A stretch of 64,000 bases of DNA from Peptococcaceae bacterium (GTDB lineage Bacteria > Bacillota > Peptococcia > Peptococcales > BICA1-8): contig JBMNCQ010000055.1 of assembly GCA_049366715.1 (NCBI GenBank), forward strand, positions 168,542 through 232,541, read 5' to 3'. Each line of letters begins with the position of its first letter. Position 1 is the first letter of the stretch. The notes beneath the pieces are model-generated. The model did no database searches. It was not told the DNA's origin and saw only the letters and a list, made by a program, of their open reading frames with translations. A program made the translations under genes and the position numbers. Of this stretch, positions 45,558-56,555 are shown one piece after another.

Positions 45558-46298
45558 TCATTCTTCCCCCGGCTTAGTACCCACATGAACCGTGACAGCA
45601 CCCCCGCCCAAACCAAAATAGGCAACCTGTTCTAAGCCTGCCGCCCAGAAAATCGCTTTCAGTTTTTCCTGATCGGGGAATTTTTTTAATGATTCCGGCA
45701 GCCAGGTATAGGCGGGATATTTATCATCAATCGCTCTGCCTTTATCTACAATTCTGCCGATAAGGGGAACGAGATTAAAAAAATACAGATTGAAACCCAT
45801 TCTTAAAAAGGGGTTTAAGGGCCTGGATACTTCCAGACAAACTACTTTACCGCCGGGTTTTACAACCCGCGCCATTTCTTCAATGGCCCGGGAGATATTG
45901 ATCACATTCCGTAAAGCAAAACCATTTGTCGCAGCGTTAAAAGTATCATCGGCAAAAGGCAGTTCCAGAGCATCACCTTGGACAAAAGTAACATTTTGCA
46001 AACCACCGGCACCGGCTTTTTTATTTGCGATCTCCAGCATTTTCTCGGAAAAGTCCAGACCGTACACTTTTCCGTACGGACCTACGGTATCCCTTAACTT
46101 AAGCGTTAATTCACCTGTTCCGCAGCAAATGTCCAACGCAGAACCCCCGGTTTTTAAGCCTGTTTTCTTCAGCATAAATTTTTGCCACCGTGGCAGCATG
46201 CCCCAAGTCATAATTAAATTCATCACATCATAATTTTTGGCGATGGAATTAAAAAGGTTTTTTACATATTTATCCTTATCAGAAAATTGATTCACCAT
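45558..46298 (-). CDS. ubiE: demethylmenaquinone / ubiquinone-menaquinone methyltransferase
   Basis: Start set at MVNQFSDKDKYV (GAGGAGAG RBS); YDVMN, LDICCGTG SAM motif, NGFALRNV. Confidence 0.85.
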   Translation of the reverse strand: MVNQFSDKDKYVKNLFNSIAKNYDVMNLIMTWGMLPRWQKFMLKKTGLKTGGSALDICCGTGELTLKLRDTVGPYGKVYGLDFSEKMLEIANKKAGAGGLQNVTFVQGDALELPFADDTFNAATNGFALRNVINISRAIEEMARVVKPGGKVVCLEVSRPLNPFLRMGFNLYFFNLVPLIGRIVDKGRAIDDKYPAYTWLPESLKKFPDQEKLKAIFWAAGLEQVAYFGLGGGAVTVHVGTKPGEE

Positions 46299-46424
46299 AT
46301 CTTCTCTCCTCAAACATATCTTAAATGTCCTCTCCGAAAATATACTCATTAAAATAGTTTAACATTATTAAAATAAGCAGTCTACGGGAATTATATAATT
46401 ACTACTTTCAGGTGGTGAATAAAA

Positions 46425-46589
46425 TTGCTTACCTTACTACTAGGCGGCATTACCTTAATAATCGCAGGTATAGCTTACATCTTACCCCACAAATTCACCT
46501 TAATAGCAAATAAATCCCTATCAAAATCAACAGGGATTATCATGATCATCATCGGATTCTGTCTGATTTTTCGCGCCCTTACACTCTAA
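46425..46589 (+). CDS. possible 54-aa two-TM mini-protein (TTG start)
   Basis: Hand translation LLTLLLGGITLIIAGIAYILPHKFTLIANKSLSKSTGIIMIIIGFCLIFRALTL*; AGGTGGTG RBS 7 nt upstream; weak evidence only. Confidence 0.3.
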   Translation: MLTLLLGGITLIIAGIAYILPHKFTLIANKSLSKSTGIIMIIIGFCLIFRALTL

Positions 46590-46600
46590 AAACAGGTATC

Positions 46601-48196
46601 CTAATCTCCCAATTCCTTGGGGAACACAACCGTTACCGTAGTACCGCCGGATTTATTACCGGTAATATTCAACTTGGCTCCATGACCTTCAACTATCCTG
46701 TAACATACCGATAAGCCCAGTCCCGTACCATTCTGCTTCGTCGTGATAAAGGGCGTACCGATCTTATCCATGATTTCTTTCGGAATACCTTTCCCATTAT
46801 CTTTGATCTCCAACAAGACATCATCCTGTTGATTTTCTAAAGTGATATAAAGGTTTCCCCCCGAGGGCATGGCTTCAATAGCATTATGGGTTAAGTTCAG
46901 GAACAATTGCTTTATTTCATTTTCATCAACTAAAAGTCTGACATCATCCATTTTAACACGTAGATTGACCTTAGCTAAAGTCGCATCCCTCTCGATCAAT
47001 ATTAACTGTCTTTCCAGAACTTGTTTTAAATCACATTTCGTTTTCGCCCGGCTTGATTTTTTGGATATGGAAAGGAAATCGGCAATGATTGAATTACAGC
47101 GGTCAATTTCCGAGATTAATAAATCCAGCTGACCGCTTGTCAGCTTTTCATCAGATTTTTGAGCAAGCTGCAGAAAGCCACGGATTGTGGTCAGGGGATT
47201 TTTTATCTCATGGGCAATACTTGCCCCCATCTGCCCCACAAGATTCAGTCTTTCCAAATTTCTAATTTTTTCATTGATGAATTCTTCGGAAGTAACATCA
47301 TAAAAAATTGCCATGGCATAAATGATGTGACTGCCTTCCAGATCATAAATAGGATGGGCAATAACCTCCAATAGTTTGCTATCCCTGATTATCTTTTCTT
47401 TAAAATAAGCTTTGCCCGTATGTAAAGAATCCAGGATCAACAGCTCCTGATAATTATAATTATTGAATACTTTATCCATAAACTCCTCATACGGCCGTCC
47501 TACGTAGTCTTCGGGGAAATCATTTTTAAGCCTGGCATAATCAAGGGCAGCCTGATTAATATGAACAATCCGCTCTTCTTTATTGATAACCGCTATGCAA
47601 AGAGGCATTTCGTTAATCAGCTTTCCTAAAAGGGAACTCTGCTCTATGAGTTTTTCCTGGGTCCGATATAAGTTAATCCTGATATTACTTTCGATTTTAA
47701 CGAAATTACCGATTAACCAGCCAATTAAAATATAAATAACTAAAAACATTAAATCCGTTTCTATGCTATAACCCAGGGGCAGCTTATTGATATAGATTAA
47801 GTCAATAAGCAGATTGGCTAAACCTGCTATTGCCGAAACCGTTAAACTTGTTCGTAAATTAAATTTTATAGCGGAGATAATGATCGGGATCAGATATAAA
47901 AATCTTAATTCAAAGTAACCCGTATTGAGAAATAAAAAGGTAATCATTAAAAAATCTAAAATAATAATGGCAAAGTCCAGCCGGTAATTCTGCCTGCCTA
48001 AATGAACACTAAAGTAGCCGATGCTTAATAAGAAAACAATTATTAAAAAAGTTACTACAAAAGCCTGCACCATGTTATAGCTTTCAAAACCAAAGTATTT
48101 GAAAATTATAATTAATGTCATTAAGCTAAAGATCACCTGAACCGTAAATATATAATTGTTAATTGTTTCTTCCCTCATGCGGTCCATTAAAAGCAC
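46601..48196 (-). CDS. membrane sensor histidine kinase (multi-TM, PAS, HisKA, HATPase), orphan
   Basis: 531 aa; H-box SIAHEIKNPLTTI; N box NLTHNAIEA; G boxes DNGKGIP, GTGLGLS; no adjacent response regulator. Confidence 0.9.
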   Translation of the reverse strand: MLLMDRMREETINNYIFTVQVIFSLMTLIIIFKYFGFESYNMVQAFVVTFLIIVFLLSIGYFSVHLGRQNYRLDFAIIILDFLMITFLFLNTGYFELRFLYLIPIIISAIKFNLRTSLTVSAIAGLANLLIDLIYINKLPLGYSIETDLMFLVIYILIGWLIGNFVKIESNIRINLYRTQEKLIEQSSLLGKLINEMPLCIAVINKEERIVHINQAALDYARLKNDFPEDYVGRPYEEFMDKVFNNYNYQELLILDSLHTGKAYFKEKIIRDSKLLEVIAHPIYDLEGSHIIYAMAIFYDVTSEEFINEKIRNLERLNLVGQMGASIAHEIKNPLTTIRGFLQLAQKSDEKLTSGQLDLLISEIDRCNSIIADFLSISKKSSRAKTKCDLKQVLERQLILIERDATLAKVNLRVKMDDVRLLVDENEIKQLFLNLTHNAIEAMPSGGNLYITLENQQDDVLLEIKDNGKGIPKEIMDKIGTPFITTKQNGTGLGLSVCYRIVEGHGAKLNITGNKSGGTTVTVVFPKELGD

Positions 48197-48464
48197 TTCC
48201 TTTAATTAAATACCACGATCAAAAAAGTACTTGCCGGCTATAACAAACAATTATTATTTCGACATATATAAATTATTTCCTTTTTTATGATTTAAAGGAG
48301 GCAATTTCCCCTTGATCCTAGAATAATTATTCCTACCCCAAAAATATTGATTTTATGCATAAAAATGCTGATTTTTGGCTAAAGTAAACAAAAATATTTT
48401 ATGGAAGAGGCTTGGCCTTTCCATAAAAAAAGCAGGTCTCCCGGACCTGCTCTTTCCTGCATGA

Positions 48465-48623
48465 TTACTTACTTCCGTCGAAAGTATGACATTGGGTCAG
48501 TTCAGAGTTTTGCGCTGCTCTTCCGCCGCCATCAACATTAACTTCAATCGCTGTTGCATGACAGTTTTCATTCTTCCAATATTTACAGTTCGAAACAGTA
48601 CATCTAACATTCTGCAGTGCCAT
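48465..48623 (-). CDS. DUF1540-family small Cys protein (52 aa)
   Basis: Start set at MALQNVRCTVSNCKYWKNENCHATAIEVNVDG... (GGAAGGAGGTGG RBS); the track ORF is 8 codons longer. Confidence 0.7.
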   Translation of the reverse strand: MALQNVRCTVSNCKYWKNENCHATAIEVNVDGGGRAAQNSELTQCHTFDGSK

Positions 48624-48793
48624 AGTATCCACCTCCTTCCCACACATATAGTATGGTTAGAGGCTGCCGTTACTATTCTGTAAATTAAAACCTCTTAACT
48701 CTTCGCTCTTTCAAAAAACACCGGAATCCCGACGCTTAGTACGTATTCACATCTTTATCTGCAGCATGCAGGACCTGCCGGCCGGCAAGTCTC

Positions 48794-49750
48794 TTATGAT
48801 TTGATCTCAATATTATTATTTAAGGTATATGGCTGAAATACTGCCTTCTCTACCTGATGATCATCAGGATTTAGAATTACAGTAGCATGATGAAGAAACC
48901 TGTCCCTTACAAAATAGCGCAAATCAGTAAATCTCCCGATTAATCTATTATTTTCTACTTTATAACCGATATGGCAGAAAGGTGTAAATTCTTTAAATAT
49001 TTTTCCCATCTTGGTTTTTTCTAATTCTTCCTTTATTTCTTCGGCAACCAGCTTAAGCTTTTTATGAATCTTTATTTTACAAGTTAACAGGTTGATCTGC
49101 CCGACAATATTTTTATGATTTAAACTGACAATAAAATCCCATTTAACTAAACCGATAAAAGCAGGCATAACGACTAATCTCTCCAGATAACCGGAATAAT
49201 ATCCTTTTATTAAGGCTTCTGCCCTGCGGCGCATTAAAAATCTCAAAAATAAATAGCTGATATTTATGCCCAGCGCCGGATAAATCAGGAACGTTGCCCC
49301 CCGATAGCCGCCATAAATAGTTAAGACACTGGCAGCTATTAAGACAGGGTCAGAAATCATTAAAAGATTCAGGGTATACTTCTTTTTACTGAAAGGATAA
49401 AAGAGCATGACTCCATAAGAGTTGAGCAAATCCAAAAAAGTATGGCTCAGAGCACCTAATAAAGCCCATAAACCTAGGAGAATTATACCATATTGCGGAA
49501 AAACAAAATGCAGAGTTCCCCCGATTAATGCTGCAAAACAAAGTAAGCCCGGCAGTGAATGGGAAATACCACGGTGATGTTTTAAATATATATAATCTCC
49601 CCAGTATTGAAAGATAATATCTAAGTCAGGAGAAACCGCTCCCAGTATTGCGGCCACCAAAAACGGGCTGCTCACAGAAACATCGGCTCCTGCTGCTACC
49701 GCTACTGCTGCACCTGCAATGCCATGAGTAACCGGATCCATTCCTCCCAC
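48794..49750 (-). CDS. membrane-bound metal-dependent hydrolase (YdjM/DUF457-like)
   Basis: 318 aa; MDPVTHG...SPDLD....HRGISHS signature at the N-terminus. Confidence 0.7.
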   Translation of the reverse strand: MGGMDPVTHGIAGAAVAVAAGADVSVSSPFLVAAILGAVSPDLDIIFQYWGDYIYLKHHRGISHSLPGLLCFAALIGGTLHFVFPQYGIILLGLWALLGALSHTFLDLLNSYGVMLFYPFSKKKYTLNLLMISDPVLIAASVLTIYGGYRGATFLIYPALGINISYLFLRFLMRRRAEALIKGYYSGYLERLVVMPAFIGLVKWDFIVSLNHKNIVGQINLLTCKIKIHKKLKLVAEEIKEELEKTKMGKIFKEFTPFCHIGYKVENNRLIGRFTDLRYFVRDRFLHHATVILNPDDHQVEKAVFQPYTLNNNIEIKS

Positions 49751-50050
49751 CTCCTGTTAGACGATCGTTCATAATACCTGGTTGACAGGTTGATTTCGTC
49801 CTCTATTTTTACAAATTTCGACAAATACCAGTATAACATAAAAAACAACCGGCAGGCCTATGTAATATTTGTTAAAAAGAGCTGTAACCACAACTCCGGC
49901 TCATTTCTACAGTTGGTCAATTCATAAAATCATCATGATTATAATTTAAAAATACGAACAGACGATGAAGATTAAGTAAAAAAATGCACAGGCTAAAGAA
50001 GCCTTGTGCTTAAATAATTGACCCAAGGTGTTTTTAAATTCATTTCTGCG

Positions 50051-50076
50051 AAAAAAAAACACGGCCGCAGCCGTTT
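50051..50076 (-). terminator. rho-independent terminator after pyrD
   Basis: Minus strand AACGGC-TGCG-GCCGTG followed by TTTTTTTTT; a second hairpin plus T-run lies at about 49978-50009. Confidence 0.7.
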
Positions 50077-50087
50077 GCGTTTTCTTC

Positions 50088-50996
50088 TTAATTAAGTGCC
50101 CCGATTAAGCTGGTCATATCTGCTATTTTTTCTTTCTCCAGCCATTCTTCCAGGTCCCTGATAATCTCCAGGGGTGTAAAGGGATTAATAAAATTACCGG
50201 CTCCCACCGCCACTGCCGAAGCACCGGCCAGGATAAACTCCAGGGCATCCCGGAAATTTGTGATTCCTCCCATGCCGATCAGGGGAATTTTTACCGCTTG
50301 ATAAACCTGGTAAACCATTCTAACTGCTATCGGTTTAACCGCCGGGCCCGATAATCCTCCCATTATATTGGCTAAGACCGGCTTGCGTTTTTCAATATCT
50401 ATCGCCATTCCTAAGACGGTATTGATCAAAGAAATCACGTCGGCGCCTGCGTTTTCCACAGCTCTGGCGATTTCCGTAATATCGGTAACATTAGGTGACA
50501 ATTTTACGATTAAAGGTAAGCTGGTTTGCTTTCTTACCCTTTTGACAACCTCGGCGGCCAAATGAGGATCGGTGCCAAAGGCCATTCCTCCTCCTTTGAT
50601 ATTGGGGCAGGATATGTTTATTTCCAGACCGTGGACTCCCTCTACTCCGTCCAGGCGGGCTGCAAGATCGGCGAACTCCTGCAAGGAATAACCCGATATA
50701 TTGACAAATACCTTAGTAGCAAATTTATTCAGCCAGGGAATCTCTTCAGAAATGACTTTGGCTACTCCCGGGTTTTGCAGACCAATGCTGTTTAACATCC
50801 CGGCCGGTGTTTCTGCCAGACGGGGAGCCGGATTGCCGGGTTTGGGCTCCAGAGTGGTGCCTTTCGTCATAATACCGCCTAATAAACCGAGATCATAAAA
50901 TTCATTGTATTCCCTGCCGAATCCGAAACAACCTGAAGCAGTTAATACCGGGTTTTTCAACTCCAGACCTGCAAGGTTTACTTTAAGACTGCTCAT
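50088..50996 (-). CDS. pyrD: dihydroorotate dehydrogenase B, catalytic subunit
   Basis: 302 aa; class-1B DHODH blocks [32 protein letters not shown]. Confidence 0.95.
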   Translation of the reverse strand: MSSLKVNLAGLELKNPVLTASGCFGFGREYNEFYDLGLLGGIMTKGTTLEPKPGNPAPRLAETPAGMLNSIGLQNPGVAKVISEEIPWLNKFATKVFVNISGYSLQEFADLAARLDGVEGVHGLEINISCPNIKGGGMAFGTDPHLAAEVVKRVRKQTSLPLIVKLSPNVTDITEIARAVENAGADVISLINTVLGMAIDIEKRKPVLANIMGGLSGPAVKPIAVRMVYQVYQAVKIPLIGMGGITNFRDALEFILAGASAVAVGAGNFINPFTPLEIIRDLEEWLEKEKIADMTSLIGALN

Positions 50997-51792
50997 TAAA
51001 AATCACCTCACTACCTGCAAAAACCGGACCGTCCTGACAAACCCTTTGATAGCTGCTGCTTCCATTTTTAGCCTTTGTCGTACAAACACATCCTAAACAG
51101 GCCCCGATACCGCAGGCCATCCGCTCCTCCAGGGAAACCTGGCAGGGAACGGAATGCTCCTGAGAAACAGCAACTACCTTTTTCAGCAGAGGCTCCGGAC
51201 CGCAGCCAAAAACATGTTCAAGCTCAGATTGCTGAAGAAGCTCCTCCAGCAAAGAAGATACAAAGCCCCGGTGTCCGGCAGAACCGTCGTCGGTAGCAAC
51301 CTTCAGTAAAACTCCTGATTTTTGATATTCTCTGCTATTTAAAAGCAGTTCTTTCGTCCGGGCACCTAAAAGAACATGTACCTGCCGGGATTTCGGCAGC
51401 AGTTCTTCCACCAGAGCCAGCAAAGGGGCTATTCCGCACCCGCCGCCGACAACTGCAACCTCATCATATTGCGCTTTGAGGACAAAGCCCCGGCCCAGCG
51501 GCCCCATGACCTCAATGCCTCCTCCGGAAATCATGCTGAGAAGCTTAGTCCCTTTACCGATCACTTGATAGATTAAGGTAACGGTACCTTCGCCGGTGTT
51601 TATCCTGTTGATGCTGACAGGTCTTTTTAAAAGCGGGTCTACCGTCGGAGATACTTTAAGCATGATAAACTGCCCCGGTTTAGCAGCCTGAGCCACCTCA
51701 GGACAGGCCAGGGTTATCTGGTAGAAATCCGGTACTATTTTTTTGTTTTCGAGAATCTCAGCCTCTATGCAGTGAATCATCCTATTGCCCAC
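50983..51792 (-). CDS. pyrK: dihydroorotate dehydrogenase B, electron-transfer (FAD/2Fe-2S) subunit
   Basis: 269 aa; C-terminal C-x5-CGIGACLGC...C cluster motif; overlaps the pyrD start. Confidence 0.9.
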   Translation of the reverse strand: MGNRMIHCIEAEILENKKIVPDFYQITLACPEVAQAAKPGQFIMLKVSPTVDPLLKRPVSINRINTGEGTVTLIYQVIGKGTKLLSMISGGGIEVMGPLGRGFVLKAQYDEVAVVGGGCGIAPLLALVEELLPKSRQVHVLLGARTKELLLNSREYQKSGVLLKVATDDGSAGHRGFVSSLLEELLQQSELEHVFGCGPEPLLKKVVAVSQEHSVPCQVSLEERMACGIGACLGCVCTTKAKNGSSSYQRVCQDGPVFAGSEVIFNEQS

Positions 51793-51830
51793 CCTCCTTC
51801 GTTATACTACACACTCTCACCGGCCCACAG

Positions 51831-52406
51831 CTATTGTCTGCTGCCGGGTTTTGTTATCTCTATCCCCTGCCGGCATAGAGGACAATCTTCAGGTTGAAAT
51901 GTATCGATTTCTAATTTAATCAGGGATTGATAAGGAACTGTAAGCTTAACAGCTGTACTGCTTCTATCAATAATCGAACCTACTCCGATTACTTCCGCCC
52001 CTAAATTCTGCAAGAGCTCCACAACCTCCTGGGAGGAACCGCCGGTGGTAATCACATCCTCTATAACCAGAGCCTTTTGTCCCTTATGAACACGAAATCC
52101 TCTTCTTAAAGTCATTTTTCCATTTTCCCGTTCTGCAAATATTCCCGGTACTCCCAGGCTCCCGGCAACTTCATAAGCTGCAATTACCCCGCCGAGAGCA
52201 GGTCCTACAACGATTTGCGGCTCAGCTTTTCTAAACTTTTCCGCCAGGTCTTTACAAACCGTTGCTGCCACAAGAGGCTCCTGTAAAAGCAGAGCACACT
52301 GGACATACCCGTTACTATGAAGCCCTGAAGATAATTTAAAATGTCCTGTTTTTAAGGCCTGGGTCTTATGCAAAAGATCCAGTATTTCATCCCTCTTTAA
52401 CGTCAC
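51831..52406 (-). CDS. pyrE: orotate phosphoribosyltransferase
   Basis: 191 aa; PRPP-binding VIEDVITTGGS. Confidence 0.9.
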   Translation of the reverse strand: MTLKRDEILDLLHKTQALKTGHFKLSSGLHSNGYVQCALLLQEPLVAATVCKDLAEKFRKAEPQIVVGPALGGVIAAYEVAGSLGVPGIFAERENGKMTLRRGFRVHKGQKALVIEDVITTGGSSQEVVELLQNLGAEVIGVGSIIDRSSTAVKLTVPYQSLIKLEIDTFQPEDCPLCRQGIEITKPGSRQ

Positions 52407-53116
52407 TTGATCTCCTCCATTTCCATCATTACTTTTTGCGCTGCCAAATCCGGGTCGGCATGTTGCGTGATCGGCCGTCCCACCACGATATAATCAGCCC
52501 CCCCGGCTATTGCTTCCTGAGGGGTTGTGATCCGCTTTTGGTCCTGAGCAGGAGCCCATAAAGGTCTGATACCGGGACACACCGTTAAAAAATCGTCCCC
52601 GCAGGCTTTTTTAAGAAACGCAGCTTCCCGGGCAGAACAGACAACACCGTCTAACCCGGATTTCCGGCAAAGTCTGCCCCAGTTTACTACAGTATCATTT
52701 ACGGAATACTTAAACCCCATTTGCGCAAATTTTTCCTCACTGAAGCTGGTCAAAACCGTTACCCCGATAACCTTCGGCCGGGGTAAGCCTTTTTGAGCCG
52801 TAATATCCTTTACCGCTTCCACTGTCTTACAGAGCATATCCGCCCCCCCTGCAGCATGGACATTAAAAATATCCACCCCCAAGCCCGCCGCCCATTTAGC
52901 AGCCTGGGCAACAGTATTGGGTATATCATGAAACTTTAAATCCAAAAAAATTTTCCTGTTCTGCTGTTTTAAATAATCAATGACGGCTCCTCTGCTGTTT
53001 AAAAATAATTCCAGCCCGACTTTATAAAAAACCACCGTATCACCCAACCGGTCGATTAGCTTCTGCGCCGCGGCAAAATCGGGTTTATCCAGGGCTACAA
53101 TTAATTTTTCCTTCAT
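52403..53116 (-). CDS. pyrF: orotidine-5'-phosphate decarboxylase
   Basis: 237 aa; LDLKFHDIPNT, VVGRPI. Confidence 0.95.
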   Translation of the reverse strand: MKEKLIVALDKPDFAAAQKLIDRLGDTVVFYKVGLELFLNSRGAVIDYLKQQNRKIFLDLKFHDIPNTVAQAAKWAAGLGVDIFNVHAAGGADMLCKTVEAVKDITAQKGLPRPKVIGVTVLTSFSEEKFAQMGFKYSVNDTVVNWGRLCRKSGLDGVVCSAREAAFLKKACGDDFLTVCPGIRPLWAPAQDQKRITTPQEAIAGGADYIVVGRPITQHADPDLAAQKVMMEMEEIK

Positions 53117-53140
53117 AGCTTAACCCTCCAGTTCCTTGCG

Positions 53141-53252
53141 TAGTTAGTTTATAGAACATAGTTTATAGGGCATGGTTTATGGTTTATAAGTTGCGGTTCA
53201 CCGAATATAGCGTGTAGTTTATAAATCATTAATTTGCAATTCTCCATTATAA
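53141..53252. repeat. heptanucleotide repeat block E between carB and pyrF
   Basis: 16 phased 7-mers: TAGTTAG TTTATAG AACATAG TTTATAG GGCATGG TTTATGG TTTATAA GTTGCGG TTCACCG AATATAG CGTGTAG TTTATAA ATCATTA ATTTGCA ATTCTCC ATTATAA. Confidence 0.85.
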
Positions 53253-53269
53253 ACGCACCGCCCGTTTTT

Positions 53270-56200
53270 TTACTCTTTCCCTATTGCGCTGTTATATTTC
53301 TGTAAAGGCTTAACCCTGATCATCGACTCCAACACTTGTACAACTGCCAGAACCAGGTCCAGGGAAGTTAAGCACGGCACATTAAATTCTACCGCTGCCC
53401 TGCGGATTCTAAACCCGTCCCGGGCCGGCACCTTGCCTTTTGTTAAGGTATTGATTACCAGGTCAATTTCCCCGCTCTTGATCACATCTACTACATGGGG
53501 GCTGCCTTCTTTAATTTTATTTACCCCTTGAACCTTTAAGCCTTCTCGCTGCAGAAAATCCGCCGTACCTTGGGTGGCAACTATGGAAAAACCCAAATCC
53601 TGCAGTCTTTTCAACAAGGGCAAGGCTTCCGGCTTATCCTTATCGGCAATAGTCGCTAAAACCCTTCCTCTTCTGGGAATGATATACCCGGCAGCCAGTA
53701 AAGCTTTATACAATGCTTTGGTATAATCCTTATCCAGACCTAAAACTTCCCCGGTAGATTTCATTTCCGGCCCTAAAGAAGTTTCCACATCAATCAGTTT
53801 ATTAAAGGAGAATACCGGCATTTTTACCGCAACTAAGTCTTTAGGCGGTACCAGACCCGGCTGATAGCCCAGTTCCCGCAAAGACTTACCTAAAATGACC
53901 TGCGTAGCAAGATGGACCATAGGGATCCCGGTTACTTTGCTCAGATAAGGGATCGTTCTGCTGGAACGGGGATTAACCTCGATCACATAAACTTCATCCT
54001 CGTGAATAACATACTGGATATTAACAAGACCCACTATTCTCAATTCCTTGGCAAGCTTCTGCGTATGCCCGACAAGCTTATTTATTTCCTGCTCCTTTAA
54101 CGACAGGGCAGGATACATAGCCGTACTGTCGCCCGAATGAACACCGGCCCTTTCAACATGTTCCATGATTCCCGGAATAAGAACTTCAGAGCCGTCACTA
54201 ATTGCATCTACCTCTACCTCTTTGCCGGTCAGGTACCTGTCCACAAGAACCGGATGGTCCGGTGATATTTTTACCGCATTTTCCAGGTATTCTTCCAACT
54301 CCGCCAAATTGTAAACAATCTCCATTGCTCTGCCTCCCAAAACATAGGAAGGCCGCACCAGAACAGGGAATCCTAAATCTGCCGCTATTTTTTTGGCCTC
54401 ACCGGCATTACGGGCTGTCTTTCCTAAAGGACGGGCAATCTTTAATTTTTCCAATACCCTGTCAAATTTTTCCCTGTCTTCGGCAATATCGATATCTTCA
54501 ACCTGAGTTCCTAAAATCTTTATTCCCGCATCGCAAAGAGGCCTGGCTAAATTAACCGCAGTCTGTCCGCCGAATTGCACGATGACCCCGGCAGGCTCTT
54601 CCCTGGCAATAACATTAAGGACATCTTCCCTGGTCAAAGGCTCAAAATACAGCCTGTCCGAGGTATCAAAGTCGGTACTGACCGTTTCGGGATTATTGTT
54701 TATGACAATAGATTCATAACCGATATCTTTAAGGGCCCTGGCACAGTGAACCGAACAGTAATCAAATTCAATCCCCTGCCCGATTCTGATGGGGCCGCTT
54801 CCCAGTACCAGTATCTTCTCCCGGCCGGAACCGCCCCCGGCTTCGTCCCGCTCATTATAAGATGAATAATAGTAAGGTGTCAGCGCCTCAAATTCCCCCG
54901 CACATGTATCGACCATTTTAAAAGCAGCCTTAAGATCAAATTGATCTCTTAAGTCCCTGATTTCATCTTCCGTCAGCTGCCAGCAGCGGGCAATCTGCTT
55001 ATCACTAAATCCCAATTCCTTGGCTTCCCCGAGGATATCGGCAGACAGCTTATTTTGCGGAAGTATTTCCTTCTCCCACTTGACCATTCTAACCAGTTTG
55101 GCTAAAAAAAAGTGATCGATCTCTGTTAGTTCCCGGAGCTTTTCCGGGGAATAATTTCTCCGTAAGGCTTCACCCAGCAAAAACAATCTTTCGTCATCGG
55201 GATTCTTCAGCCTATTTTCCAGCTCTCCCGGTTCTATCTCATGATATTTGTCATTTAAAAGCCCGGTTACATCTAATTCCAAAGACCGGATACCTTTTAA
55301 TAAAGCCGCCTCAAAACTGCGCCCGATTGCCATAACCTCACCGGTGGCTTTCATCTGGGAGCCTAAGCTTCTGTTGCCGGCCTGAAACTTATCAAAAGGC
55401 CAGCGGGGTATTTTCACGACGATATAATCCAGAGCCGGTTCAAAGGCCGCCAAAGTTTTACCTGTTACCGCATTGGCAATTTCATCAAGATGATATCCCA
55501 GGGCAATTTTAGCTGCGATCTTGGCGATGGGATATCCTGTAGCCTTGGAAGCCAAGGCACTGGACCTGCTTACTCTGGGGTTAACCTCAATGACGATATA
55601 TTCCAGACTGGCGGGGCTTAAAGCAAACTGAATATTACAACCCCCTTCAATGCCTAAAGCGCGGATGATCTTCAGAGATGCCGTCCGCAGCATTTGGTAC
55701 TCCGGATCTGTTAAGGTCTGACTTGGAGCAACGACAATGCTGTCACCGGTATGGACACCCACAGGATCAAAATTTTCCATATTACAGATCGTTATACAGG
55801 TATCATTAGCATCCCGCATTACTTCATATTCAATTTCCTTCCAGCCTTTAACACTTTTTTCAATTAATACTTGATTAATGGCACTATATTTGAGACCTTT
55901 GGCCACGATTTCTTTTAATTCATCATCATTATTGGCAAAACCGCCGCCGGAGCCGCCCAGGGTATAAGCCGGCCTTACTATGACCGGATACCCGATTTTG
56001 CCGGCAAGCTCCAGAGCCTCACTGAAATTTTCCGCTATGCCGCTATCCGGTACCGGTTCATTGATCTCCCCTAACAGCTCCTTAAATAGCTCTCTGTCTT
56101 CAGCCTTCTGAATGGCCTCTAAAGGTGTACCTAATAATTCTACCCCTGCTTTGGCCAGTATTCCGCTTTCGGCTAATTCTTTGGCCAGATTTAAGCCAAC

Positions 56201-56479
56201 CTGCCCTCCTAAAGTAGCCAGTAATCCCTGGGGCTGTTCCGTATAAATGATTTCTTCTAAAAACTCAATCGTTAAAGGCTCAAAATATACCCGGTCCGCC
56301 ATATGTTCATCCGTCATAATCGTGGCAGGATTACTATTGACCAGCACGACCTCCAGACCTTCCTCTTTTAAGGCCCGGCAGGCCTGCGTTCCGGCGTAAT
56401 CAAATTCTGCCGCCTGACCGATAATGATCGGTCCCGAACCGATTACTAAAACCTTTTTAATATCCTGACGTTTCGGCAT
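53270..56479 (-). CDS. carB: carbamoyl-phosphate synthase large subunit
   Basis: 1069 aa; duplicated ATP-grasp halves, MGS-like C-terminus. Confidence 0.97.
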   Translation of the reverse strand: MPKRQDIKKVLVIGSGPIIIGQAAEFDYAGTQACRALKEEGLEVVLVNSNPATIMTDEHMADRVYFEPLTIEFLEEIIYTEQPQGLLATLGGQVGLNLAKELAESGILAKAGVELLGTPLEAIQKAEDRELFKELLGEINEPVPDSGIAENFSEALELAGKIGYPVIVRPAYTLGGSGGGFANNDDELKEIVAKGLKYSAINQVLIEKSVKGWKEIEYEVMRDANDTCITICNMENFDPVGVHTGDSIVVAPSQTLTDPEYQMLRTASLKIIRALGIEGGCNIQFALSPASLEYIVIEVNPRVSRSSALASKATGYPIAKIAAKIALGYHLDEIANAVTGKTLAAFEPALDYIVVKIPRWPFDKFQAGNRSLGSQMKATGEVMAIGRSFEAALLKGIRSLELDVTGLLNDKYHEIEPGELENRLKNPDDERLFLLGEALRRNYSPEKLRELTEIDHFFLAKLVRMVKWEKEILPQNKLSADILGEAKELGFSDKQIARCWQLTEDEIRDLRDQFDLKAAFKMVDTCAGEFEALTPYYYSSYNERDEAGGGSGREKILVLGSGPIRIGQGIEFDYCSVHCARALKDIGYESIVINNNPETVSTDFDTSDRLYFEPLTREDVLNVIAREEPAGVIVQFGGQTAVNLARPLCDAGIKILGTQVEDIDIAEDREKFDRVLEKLKIARPLGKTARNAGEAKKIAADLGFPVLVRPSYVLGGRAMEIVYNLAELEEYLENAVKISPDHPVLVDRYLTGKEVEVDAISDGSEVLIPGIMEHVERAGVHSGDSTAMYPALSLKEQEINKLVGHTQKLAKELRIVGLVNIQYVIHEDEVYVIEVNPRSSRTIPYLSKVTGIPMVHLATQVILGKSLRELGYQPGLVPPKDLVAVKMPVFSFNKLIDVETSLGPEMKSTGEVLGLDKDYTKALYKALLAAGYIIPRRGRVLATIADKDKPEALPLLKRLQDLGFSIVATQGTADFLQREGLKVQGVNKIKEGSPHVVDVIKSGEIDLVINTLTKGKVPARDGFRIRRAAVEFNVPCLTSLDLVLAVVQVLESMIRVKPLQKYNSAIGKE

Positions 56480-56555
56480 GGATACACCTCCTGTTATTAT
56501 TATGAATCAGCTTGATAACTTATCTCCTAGGCTAACTATATTCACCCCAAAGTAA

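Noticed and set aside
53912-54865. Several plus-strand ORFs antisense to carB, and similar ones antisense to pyrC, pyrB, carA, pyrD, gerAA, the MFS gene and the ABC genes.
   Set aside because: They are embedded in long, confidently identified genes on the opposite strand, with no RBS and unusual composition.
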